Source: Promethearchaeota archaeon (GTDB taxonomy: Archaea > Asgardarchaeota > Lokiarchaeia > Sigyniarchaeales > SOKP01). Taken from it: a stretch of DNA of 44,849 bases. Below are positions 18,707 through 27,453 of this stretch, one piece after another. Position 1 is the first letter of the stretch. Every line of letters begins with the position of its first letter. Below the pieces are notes generated by a model. It saw only the letters and a list, made by a program, of their open reading frames with translations, did no database searches and had not been told where the DNA came from. The translations under genes and the position numbers were made by a program. Location of the stretch: the NCBI GenBank assembly GCA_016839745.1, contig JAEOTS010000069.1:1-44849 (forward strand), given 5' to 3'.

Positions 18707-19486
18707 TTACTCTGCTATTTTATTTGCAATTAACGCAGCAGAAGCTCCTGCTCCAAAACCATTGTCTATATTAACAACTAACAACCCCGGCGAACACGAT
18801 TGTAACATCGTTGTTAAAGCACCAATACCTTTTTCCCCTAAGCCATAACCACTAGAAATAGGAACCCCAATTACTGGAATGTCCACAAGTGCCGCAACTA
18901 CCCCGGGTAATGTCCCCTCCATACCCGCACATACGACGATTACTTGAATGTCCTTTTTGATCATTTCGCTAAGAGGAGTAAAAAGACGATGAATTCCCGC
19001 TATTCCTAAATCGTAACTTGTTAGCACTTCACAGCCCATTGATTCAGCAATAACTTTAGCTTCCTCAGCAACGGGAATATCTGAACTCCCAGCTGTGACA
19101 ATGCCAATTTTCCCCCCTTTTTTTTCAAATTTGTAGCTTTTATCCTTTACTATCAAAATATTAGCTAATTCGTTTATGTTCACTGAATATACTTCGTTAT
19201 TTTCGAATTCTTTTGAAATTAGAGAAATTATTTCTTCACTATACCTTGATACAATGGCAAACCTATTTTTTTTCAAAAAAGTGTAAATAATGTCTAAAGT
19301 TACTTCGGGTTTCTTATTTTCTGCATAGATAACCTCAACGATACCCGTGCGCATCTTTCTAAAAATATCTAATTTAGCAAAATCTCCAACTTCCTCAATA
19401 GCGTTTGCTCTTAACAGTTTTTCTGCTTCTTCAATTGAACATTCTTTTTTTAGCAGCCGATTTAAAATTTCTCTGATATTATCCAC
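18707..19486 (-). CDS. larB: Nickel pincer cofactor biosynthesis protein LarB (PurE-like NaAD carboxylase/hydrolase)
   Basis: TAGSSDIPVAEEA, DLGIAGIHRL, AGMEGTLP, PISSGYG and MLQSCSPG..VVNIDNGFGAG motifs. Confidence 0.95.
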   Translation of the reverse strand: MDNIREILNRLLKKECSIEEAEKLLRANAIEEVGDFAKLDIFRKMRTGIVEVIYAENKKPEVTLDIIYTFLKKNRFAIVSRYSEEIISLISKEFENNEVYSVNINELANILIVKDKSYKFEKKGGKIGIVTAGSSDIPVAEEAKVIAESMGCEVLTSYDLGIAGIHRLFTPLSEMIKKDIQVIVVCAGMEGTLPGVVAALVDIPVIGVPISSGYGLGEKGIGALTTMLQSCSPGLLVVNIDNGFGAGASAALIANKIAE

Positions 19487-19787
19487 TATCTATCACTGAA
19501 TTAAAATTCGTGAGTTTTTATATTCATAGAAATCTTTTAGCCTTAATAAATTTAGAAAGATATTCTACCTTATTTTTTTAACATTTTCAAATAAATAGGT
19601 TTGAAACACTGAATTTTAAGACACTTGTCAGATTTATTTGAAATTCATTAAGGTGTGAGTTTTTAAATATAATAGTATACCCATTATAAATTACCTTAAA
19701 TTCAGAAATCAATATTCAGCATCATTTATCTAAAGTTACTTTCCTAAATTTCAATTCAATTAAGTTTCACATTATTAGGAGGAGATT

Positions 19788-21032
19788 ATTTTTTCAGAAT
19801 TAGCGATTAATAGAAATATTGAATATATTCAGCAAAGAAATGAATTTGATTATTTAAAGGCTTTAATAAATTCTTTGGGTAAGGGCAGATGTATTGGTAT
19901 TTTGTTACATGGCCCCCCTGGAACGGGTAAAACTCTTTTAGCAACCTCTCTTGCTAAAGAATTCAATTCCTCATATTTTATAATTGATGGTTCCCCAGAC
20001 CTTGATAGAAGAGACATCGAAGGGAATTGGGAGTTATTTAATGGCGATACTAAGTTCAATCACGGCCCATTGACGAGGGCTATAGAAGATGCTAATAGTA
20101 ATGGCATATCTTTTATTGTTATAAATGAAATAAATGCAATTAGAGAAAGTGAGCAAATCTCTTTAAATTCTTTACTCTCAGAAAGCCATATCAACTTGAT
20201 TTCGAAGGGATTTGAAAGGTATAGTTTAAAAGAATCGAGTAAACTTGTGATAATTGGTACAATGAACAAGGGTGTAATAGGAATTAATAAACTTCAAGAA
20301 GCTTTTGAAGATCGTTTCTTAGTTTGCCCTGAAATAACATATCCCTCAAAACAGAAAGAGATCGAAATTGCAGTTAAATTGTCAGGCTGCAAAAAAATGG
20401 TAGCCGAAACCGTTGTGGACGCCGCTAGACAGATCAGAAAGCAGGCAATAAAAGATTTTTCGATAACTAAAATATTCTCTACTAGGTTAATAGTCAACTT
20501 TTGCTTAATTGTATCGAATATGTCTCCAGAATATTTAAGATATAACATTGAAAATGTTATCATAAATAAATTAGGCGAAAACCAAGAAGAAAAGAAAAGT
20601 ATCGCTATGATATTGGATGGAAAGCTATTCGAAGACAACTTAAAGAAATATTTGAACATAAGATCTGATGTCAAATCATGCGTAAAGGCAGGCTTAAGTT
20701 CTCAGAGAGCTCCTGAAGTTAAAATTATAAGCAATTTTAAAAGTAAAGTAGAAAAGTATGTGTTTGAATTAGGAAATGGTAAGTATAAAAACAAAAATGG
20801 AAGTCTAATGTGGAAATTTTTTGAGTGGTTCTGGCAAGAACATAGAACATCCTTAAAAGATTACATACAATTGACTGAAAAACTGGGCTATCATAAAGTT
20901 TATAAGGAATCTACAGGACACAGCCATCTTTACAATGGAGAAATAACGTTAATCTATATAAAGTGGCTTTATAGAAATAGGAATAAAGATTTAATGGATT
21001 TCATGAGACGAACCTGTCCAGTATTAAATTAA
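19788..21032 (+). CDS. MoxR/CbbQ/NirQ-like AAA+ ATPase with an extra C-terminal repeat domain (start probably non-canonical near 19788-19791; first TTG at 19875)
   Basis: Walker A GPPGTGKT, Walker B variant IVINE, sensor-1 GTMN, Arg finger EDRF, FSTR. SD AGGAGGAG at 19777-19784. Confidence 0.88.
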   Translation: MFSELAINRNIEYIQQRNEFDYLKALINSLGKGRCIGILLHGPPGTGKTLLATSLAKEFNSSYFIIDGSPDLDRRDIEGNWELFNGDTKFNHGPLTRAIEDANSNGISFIVINEINAIRESEQISLNSLLSESHINLISKGFERYSLKESSKLVIIGTMNKGVIGINKLQEAFEDRFLVCPEITYPSKQKEIEIAVKLSGCKKMVAETVVDAARQIRKQAIKDFSITKIFSTRLIVNFCLIVSNMSPEYLRYNIENVIINKLGENQEEKKSIAMILDGKLFEDNLKKYLNIRSDVKSCVKAGLSSQRAPEVKIISNFKSKVEKYVFELGNGKYKNKNGSLMWKFFEWFWQEHRTSLKDYIQLTEKLGYHKVYKESTGHSHLYNGEITLIYIKWLYRNRNKDLMDFMRRTCPVLN

Positions 21033-21059
21033 ATTAATATTACAATCTTAATTGTAAGT

Positions 21060-23213
21060 GTGGTGATCATTTTATCGTATTTATATGACCTCTTTGAAAA
21101 AGATTACTTCTCAGATTTATTTGCTCTTATTAACATTGGCAAGAGAATAAGTGGAAAGAAAGATATTTATATTGAATTTAACCAGAATTCACAACTTACA
21201 TTCACTGATGGAAGGTTTATATATTTACCAAAAAAGATTAAAGATGATATATCTTCAGCCCAAGGTTTAGTCGCTCACGAAAGTGGTCACATAGGTTATG
21301 GTTCATTTGAGTTGTCTTTCATAAAACTCATAGAGATTCTTTCAAAAAAGTATAATTTACCCCAATACTTCATAAAACAGGTTATAAATGTTTTAGAGGA
21401 TGTTAGAGTCAATTACCTAAACAGCAAAAAGTTTCCAGGATTTTATAAAAATTTGCGAGCATTTATTATCCAATTACTCCCTGATTTAATCCTTAACATG
21501 AAACGTTCAGGGAATTTACTCATTTACATTAATCTCTACATGGAGGACTATACAGAATTTCAAAAAAAGCCGAAATTCAGATCTCGAAATATGAGCAATG
21601 AAGATTGGAGAGCGATTTCAAAAGCGAAAGAATTCCTATTGAAATCCCTTACTCCCGCTTCGTCAATAATTGCAATTGATCTATTATGTAAAATTTTAAA
21701 GAAGTTTTACATGAAAACGAAGATAAACAGGAATAGAGGTGATGTTCAAAATGAGAGAAATGAAGGATGTTACGATCCAGACTATGATGAGGACTACGAC
21801 CCAGACGACTATGGAGATTACGGTGAATCTTCTGATATTAACATAAGAGAAGATTATGAAACTTATATCGATGAACTTCAAAATTCGGATTTCATGGAGG
21901 ATCCTTGTCTTTATGAGAATATTGAAGAACAAAATTATCGCCCGAATATATCAATAGATCTGGAACCTTTAATAAATCATTTTGAAGAATTTGTAGAACG
22001 AGACAAAAAATCAGAATCATCAGAATTAAGTTCAGCAAGTGATAAAGTAATTGATAAAATTAAGAATTTAGATTTAAACACTAAGGATATTGAGAACTTA
22101 ATAGAAGAAGTTGAACGGAATTTAAAATCTGAATCTAAGGAAAATAAGATCGGCGAGGATATGAAAACTAATGGATTAGATTTAAATGATAATCTATTTG
22201 AGCAGTCAGAGTCTAATGAAGAAATAGCTAAAATATTGAAAGAAGAGGAAAATCCGAAAGGCATTGATTTTGAAACATTTAAGGCAATGCTGGATGATAA
22301 AAATCAAAAAGACAAAGACTCTCGAAAAGAGGATGGAATTATTGGTGAAATAACTAAATTAGTATATGAGTCACAAACTGCTATGGAAAGAAGGCTCATA
22401 TTAATTGAAAATCAGGATCATTTCGGTGAAGCAGAGAGAAAAGTAAATGAAGTTAGTATTGAAAATGAAGAAATGAGGTCAATAGAATTATCATACAATG
22501 AAATCGTGAAGCAGCATAGGAATGCAATAATCAAGTTAAAAAATCTTTTTCGAGATTTAAGAAATCAAACCGATTATGACACCTCCCAAAAAAGAGGACG
22601 ATTAAACAATAAGTTTATTAAAGCAGTTACGAGCGATTTTAAGTATAATAAATGTTTTACAAGAAAATTAAATCAAAAAGAACTTAAAATCTTACTGATG
22701 GTGGATATCAGTGGAAGTATGGCAGGAATCAAGCTAGAAGCAGCCAAGGTCGCTATGGTAATGTTATGCGAATCATTATACGAGATTGCGCAATTGCGTA
22801 TCGTACTTTTTACTGGTGAATATGACGCCTTAAATATCCATTTAAAAGACTTTGAAGAACATCCCGATATTAAAAAATTCGACAAATTTGGGCGTCATCA
22901 CCGCATTGGAAGCAACCTAGACGGGGTGTCCTTAAAACATGAAGCTGCTAAACTTGAAAGGAATGTTTTAATCTTAGTAATTTCAGACGGTCAACCTGCA
23001 GGCACACAATATGGTTTGAACGATGCTATAAAGGAAATTCAAGATGTTAAAAAAAAGTTTAAGGTCTATGCTTTTTCAATCGATGCGAACGGAGATTATC
23101 TAAACAAGCTGTATGGCAACAACTGGGTTTTAACAAAATCATCAGATAGAACAGATCTAGCAGAAAAATTGACACAGTTCTGCAAACTTGTTGTAAAAGA
23201 ATTTTTTCGATAA
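21060..23213 (+). CDS. VWA-domain partner protein (CobT/NorD/CbbO-like) with HExxH motif and acidic linker
   Basis: N-terminal AHESGH...LEDVRVN, D/E-rich centre, RGRL, MIDAS DISGS...SDGQP. Lies 27 nt after the AAA gene. Confidence 0.88.
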   Translation: MVIILSYLYDLFEKDYFSDLFALINIGKRISGKKDIYIEFNQNSQLTFTDGRFIYLPKKIKDDISSAQGLVAHESGHIGYGSFELSFIKLIEILSKKYNLPQYFIKQVINVLEDVRVNYLNSKKFPGFYKNLRAFIIQLLPDLILNMKRSGNLLIYINLYMEDYTEFQKKPKFRSRNMSNEDWRAISKAKEFLLKSLTPASSIIAIDLLCKILKKFYMKTKINRNRGDVQNERNEGCYDPDYDEDYDPDDYGDYGESSDINIREDYETYIDELQNSDFMEDPCLYENIEEQNYRPNISIDLEPLINHFEEFVERDKKSESSELSSASDKVIDKIKNLDLNTKDIENLIEEVERNLKSESKENKIGEDMKTNGLDLNDNLFEQSESNEEIAKILKEEENPKGIDFETFKAMLDDKNQKDKDSRKEDGIIGEITKLVYESQTAMERRLILIENQDHFGEAERKVNEVSIENEEMRSIELSYNEIVKQHRNAIIKLKNLFRDLRNQTDYDTSQKRGRLNNKFIKAVTSDFKYNKCFTRKLNQKELKILLMVDISGSMAGIKLEAAKVAMVMLCESLYEIAQLRIVLFTGEYDALNIHLKDFEEHPDIKKFDKFGRHHRIGSNLDGVSLKHEAAKLERNVLILVISDGQPAGTQYGLNDAIKEIQDVKKKFKVYAFSIDANGDYLNKLYGNNWVLTKSSDRTDLAEKLTQFCKLVVKEFFR
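21771..21825 (+). repeat. Degenerate coding tandem repeat (YDPD-YDED-YDPD-DYG-DYG)
   Basis: tacgatccagac/tatgatgaggac/tacgacccagac 12-nt units followed by 9-nt DYG units. Confidence 0.7.
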
Positions 23214-23285
23214 AACATTTGAAACCTTTTTTTGATATAATATATTAACATTTATTATAACCAAAATCACATAGAGAGAGACTAA

Positions 23286-24503
23286 ATGTTTGATTATAAA
23301 TCTTATAAAGATGTTGATTTAAAAGGAAAAAAAGTATTAATGAGAGTTGATATTAACTCTAATATAGACATAGAAAACAACAGAATTCGCGAATCACCTC
23401 GTATTCACGCTCTAATTCCCTCGCTAAAAGAACTTAAAGAGAGTGCTGTAGTAATTATGGCGCACCAATCTCGTCCAGGAGCGAAAGATTTTACTTCTTT
23501 AGAATTACACGCTGGAGAAATAAGAAAACTGTTAGATCGCCCTGTTAAATATGTTGAGGATGTTTTCGGAGAAAAAGCAATTAATGCAATAAAGGATCTT
23601 AAAGTAGGCGAAGTGTTAGTTCTTAATAATGTACGAACTTGGGAACTTGAAAACAAACAATTTAAAGACTTCTCTGAAGCAGCAAATTTGGAGATGATTA
23701 AAACCCTCTCACCATTATTTGACTATTTCATCGCAGATGCGTTTGGAGCAGCTCACAGAGCACAACCCTCGATAATCGGGTGGCCAACACTACTCGCAGG
23801 TCCTACTACCGTTAAGGAATTTGAATACATGAGTAAAATATTGGAAAATCCAGAAAAACCCATGGTCATGCTTATTGGGGGAGCAAAAGCAATAGATAAA
23901 TTTAAAGCTATGAAATATAATTTTGAGAACGACAAATTAGATTACGCTCTCTGCTCTGGCTTAACAGCTATATTAATCTTGGAAGCTATAGGAGTTGAAA
24001 CCGGAGAACCAAATCGCGGAGCAATAGCAAAAGATTTAGATAAAGCAAAGGATGATATTAAGGAAACCTACGAAAAATTTAAAGATAAAATCATTTTACC
24101 TACAGATTTAGTAATTGACGATAATGGGAACAGGAAAGCAATCAATATAGACGAGTTAAAAGATTACAACGCTGTAACTGGTGATATAGGGCCTAAAACT
24201 ACAGAGGAATTCAAAGAAATTATAATGAATGCTAAAACTATTATTGCAAATGGACCACCTGGAATTTTTGAAAAGGAAGTCTTTAGAAAAGGAACTTTTG
24301 ATATGGCCAAAGCAATGGCTGAAGCTGCTAAAAATCAAGGAGCTCTTTCCGTAATAGGTGGAGGAGAAATGGGAACCGCTGCAGAAATGTCTGGATATGC
24401 TCAAGATGTCTCTTTTATTTCTACTGGTGGGGGTGCTATGCTAGAAATATTATCCGGAAAAGATGTTCCTATGGTTAGAGCGTTAAGAGAAAAGAAACCA
24501 TAA
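23286..24503 (+). CDS. pgk: Phosphoglycerate kinase
   Basis: GKKVLMRVDIN, AHQSRPG, DAFGAAHR, DIGPKT, NGPPGIFE and STGGGA motifs. Confidence 0.97.
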   Translation: MFDYKSYKDVDLKGKKVLMRVDINSNIDIENNRIRESPRIHALIPSLKELKESAVVIMAHQSRPGAKDFTSLELHAGEIRKLLDRPVKYVEDVFGEKAINAIKDLKVGEVLVLNNVRTWELENKQFKDFSEAANLEMIKTLSPLFDYFIADAFGAAHRAQPSIIGWPTLLAGPTTVKEFEYMSKILENPEKPMVMLIGGAKAIDKFKAMKYNFENDKLDYALCSGLTAILILEAIGVETGEPNRGAIAKDLDKAKDDIKETYEKFKDKIILPTDLVIDDNGNRKAINIDELKDYNAVTGDIGPKTTEEFKEIIMNAKTIIANGPPGIFEKEVFRKGTFDMAKAMAEAAKNQGALSVIGGGEMGTAAEMSGYAQDVSFISTGGGAMLEILSGKDVPMVRALREKKP

Positions 24504-24664
24504 AATATTTCTTTTTAATTCTATTTTATTTTTTTATTTTACAAATACGCTTCGGTAGAATTTAATAATTCACGATAAAACTAATAAAATATTTATTTTT
24601 TAATAATATAAATTATTTATCTCAAGTTTTAGTTTTTTGAACTAAAATTAGGGAATACAATCAA

Positions 24665-24741
24665 GGGCCCGTGGTCTAGCCTGGTATGACGTCTCCTTGA
24701 CGTGGAGAAGGTCGTGCGTTCAACTCGCGCCGGGCCCACCA
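24665..24741 (+). tRNA. tRNA-Val (GAC), CCA encoded
   Basis: GGGCCCG/CGGGCCC acceptor stem, TCTCC-TTGACGT-GGAGA anticodon arm, TTCAACT T-loop, ACCA end. Confidence 0.97.
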
Positions 24742-24764
24742 TATTATAAAACACATGGATTAAA

Positions 24765-25244
24765 ATGCCGATAAGATTTCGATGGACCTCTAAGGAATAT
24801 ATACCGATTGCTCTTATGTTATTCGGAGTTTGTGGATTGTTTCAAGCGTTTTTTATATTCGTAGCTCAATATTTTTTAGGTGTAGGTAATTACATTGTCG
24901 TAATTTTGATCCCTGTTGGGGCAACTATTGCTTTATTTTTTGGCGTTATACTTATTTTTGAATCGTTCGTCCAAGTCGAGAAAAGAAAAAAATTAAAAAC
25001 TCAATTTCAAAAATCCCGACAATCAGGTTCAAAACTTCGAAGATTCTTGTATTTTCCAATTGTACGACCAGTAATAATCGTTTTTCCTATATTTGCTGCG
25101 GTATTTTTTGCCACATATGGCATTTGTATAACTTTCTTAGATAATGTCTTATCGTTTTTGATAGCAGAGAATTTAGCGACTTTGATTTCCTTGCTAATAG
25201 CTAATTTTATTGAGAAAAAATACGCAAAAATCAAAAAATTTTAG
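24765..25244 (+). CDS. Four-TM membrane protein of unknown function
   Basis: Two hydrophobic hairpins separated by a basic loop. Confidence 0.75.
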   Translation: MPIRFRWTSKEYIPIALMLFGVCGLFQAFFIFVAQYFLGVGNYIVVILIPVGATIALFFGVILIFESFVQVEKRKKLKTQFQKSRQSGSKLRRFLYFPIVRPVIIVFPIFAAVFFATYGICITFLDNVLSFLIAENLATLISLLIANFIEKKYAKIKKF

Positions 25245-25398
25245 GATTGCAAAAAATATTTCTGCAAACATGTATATACCTTAGTCATTTTTATTTATGC
25301 ACTCGATTATTTATTAAATAATACCGTGATTAAAAATTTATTATAGTTTATAGAAATAGATATTTGCCAAATAAAATCTACAATAAAGAATTTTAGCA

Positions 25399-26244
25399 AT
25401 GAAAAAACTCGAAGTGCGATGTCCATCTTGTTCAAATAGAGGATATATTGAAGTTTCAGAAAAAGAAGTAGAAAAGGCTGCGAGAGGAGTGTTTGCCGTT
25501 AATATATTGGAAGGTGTTGCTTGCGAACATTCTTTCGTTGCGTATATAGATAAGAATCTTGCTGTGAGGGACACTTTTATGGCAGATTTTCAATTAGAAC
25601 TTCCAGATGATGTCCCCGAACAAGTTATTGCACCAGATGTATCAGAGCAATTGGAATTAATTGATGTTAGTTTAATAAAACTTAATTTAACAGCCTCTTT
25701 ACTTACTCACATAATAAGAGCAATTTTGTTTAAGAAAAAAATTTTTCTAGTTTTTAATCAGGCATTTATGGGCGACAACATTAACAAATTCATCGAATAT
25801 ATAACTCTCAATTCTTTTAAAGCTAACATTCTCGTAATTTCAGGCGAACAATATAATATCTACAATATTGAAGATTCAGTCATATTGGATGGCAAGAAGG
25901 TTATTAAAGACGACGATGATATTCTAAGTGCAAAAACATTAAATGTCGAGAGGTCTTTAGTAAGGAAATTTTTAGCAGAATACGAACCAAAACCCAGCTT
26001 AATTTACTTACAAAATGGACTTCAAAAAGCGTACGATTTATCACGAACAATAGTAGAAATAGTTAAAAATTTAAAAAAGAAAGAAAAGGTTTATTCTAAG
26101 AATGTTCTTGAAGATATTGCAAGAATACACGGTGTAAAAATCCAATTACCATATCTCGACTTTCTTTACAATATCGTTGAGAATTATTTCGAGGTTAAGG
26201 TTCCAAAATCTTCAAATATTTCTAATTTTCTCAGTACTCTTTAG
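25399..26244 (+). CDS. Hypothetical protein with N-terminal Zn-binding motif (CxxC...CxH)
   Basis: VRCPSC...ACEHSFVAYIDKN; 281-aa ORF with ordinary composition. Confidence 0.8.
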   Translation: MKKLEVRCPSCSNRGYIEVSEKEVEKAARGVFAVNILEGVACEHSFVAYIDKNLAVRDTFMADFQLELPDDVPEQVIAPDVSEQLELIDVSLIKLNLTASLLTHIIRAILFKKKIFLVFNQAFMGDNINKFIEYITLNSFKANILVISGEQYNIYNIEDSVILDGKKVIKDDDDILSAKTLNVERSLVRKFLAEYEPKPSLIYLQNGLQKAYDLSRTIVEIVKNLKKKEKVYSKNVLEDIARIHGVKIQLPYLDFLYNIVENYFEVKVPKSSNISNFLSTL

Positions 26245-26299
26245 CGAAATCTAGTGCAGATCGTGAAACATACCTTTCACGAAAAAAGCAGTATAAAAA

Positions 26300-26432
26300 T
26301 GCGCCGCCCGGGAATTGAACCCGGGTCGCCAAGTTATTGCGAGAACCTTTTGGGTAAGATTTTCTTGGCAACCTGGCATACTGACCATTATACTCGACTG
26401 AATAAGAATCAATCGACCTATACTAGCAGCGC
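26300..26432 (-). tRNA. tRNA-Gly (GCC) with two introns (15/16: 26417-26388; 37/38: 26365-26335)
   Basis: Removing 30-nt and 31-nt inserts gives a 72-nt cloverleaf: GCGCTGC TA GTAT AGTGGTCA GTAT G CCAGG TTGCCAA CTTGG CGAC CCGGG TTCAATT CCCGG GCGGCGC A. Confidence 0.93.
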
Positions 26433-26450
26433 AGCTCTAATTGAGTCTAA

Positions 26451-26466
26451 TTTTATAATATTTAAA
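26451..26466 (-). promoter_or_regulatory. TATA box of tRNA-Gly
   Basis: Minus-strand TTTAAATA-TTATAAAA about 20-34 nt upstream of the tRNA 5' end. Confidence 0.55.
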
Positions 26467-26564
26467 TAAATCAAGAAATTAAAAATTAATTATTTTTTAT
26501 AGCAATCTAGATGTAAAAAATATTTCTAAATTTATCGTAAAATCCTTAAAATCTGTTTTTCAAT

Positions 26565-27428
26565 TTAATTTTTTAATTCAAAGTTCACTTCAGCATTAGA
26601 TATGATACCCAATTTTCTAGCTTTTTCTCTTATGTATTTCATTCTATGTTCTTTTAGTCGGTCTGAAACTATTAATGCGGGAATTAAAGGAATAACAATT
26701 ATTAAGGGAAAAGGTACAAAAACAATTAATAACATAACAAACAGAGGTATAGAAAGGTCATTTGCAAGTTGCGGGATAAATAATTCCATAAATTCAATAT
26801 AAGAAAGAACAACAGACACTCCCGCGTATCCTTTTAGAAATTGACCATACCACCTTCCAACTGACCTGATTTCAACGGGTCTATGCGTATCACCCGCCTT
26901 TTTTAAGTTAGAATATAAAATACCAGAATCCATAAGGAACCACGTTGTCGAAAAAAGTATGCTGGCCAGCCCAATTGCAAACATTAAGAGGGCAAGGAAT
27001 GTATTGAGATCGTCAATAAAACTACGTGGATCTGAACCAACTGATATTGAGATGATCATTGGTGTCGTAAAAAGTAATGAAATGTTGATTGTCATTAATG
27101 CTGCAAAGATACCTTCAGAAAAGAACTTAAATTTTTTAAAATCTTTTTCATAAATTCCGTATTCCACTTTCTTACCAAATACTTTTTTATGAATAAAAAG
27201 AAAGAGTGGAGCAAAGAGATATCCCCCAATAAGCAAACCAATAATTGATGAGAATGGTAGGATCAGAATGAATATCAATCCAACTTCAATTCCTATATCT
27301 CGTATTGGGATGAATTTAGTTAAATCTTGATGAGGAATTGATATCGAAAGTACGACAGAAAGAATTAGTATAAATATGCAATAGACTATAAAATATAAAA
27401 TTGGTTTAGAATACTTAGATTTTAACAT
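26565..27428 (-). CDS. Multi-pass membrane protein of unknown function
   Basis: About 6 TM helices; WFLMDSGILY and VGRWY..FLKGYAG motifs. Confidence 0.8.
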   Translation of the reverse strand: MLKSKYSKPILYFIVYCIFILILSVVLSISIPHQDLTKFIPIRDIGIEVGLIFILILPFSSIIGLLIGGYLFAPLFLFIHKKVFGKKVEYGIYEKDFKKFKFFSEGIFAALMTINISLLFTTPMIISISVGSDPRSFIDDLNTFLALLMFAIGLASILFSTTWFLMDSGILYSNLKKAGDTHRPVEIRSVGRWYGQFLKGYAGVSVVLSYIEFMELFIPQLANDLSIPLFVMLLIVFVPFPLIIVIPLIPALIVSDRLKEHRMKYIREKARKLGIISNAEVNFELKN

Positions 27429-27453
27429 CTAGTTAACCGACCTTGTTTTTTAG

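Noticed and set aside
24665-26432. Integrated element between the two tRNA genes
   Set aside because: No integrase, no duplicated tRNA 3' end (att site) and no obvious compositional shift.
26254-26469. 71-aa plus-strand ORF
   Set aside because: It is the antisense of the intron-containing tRNA-Gly gene.
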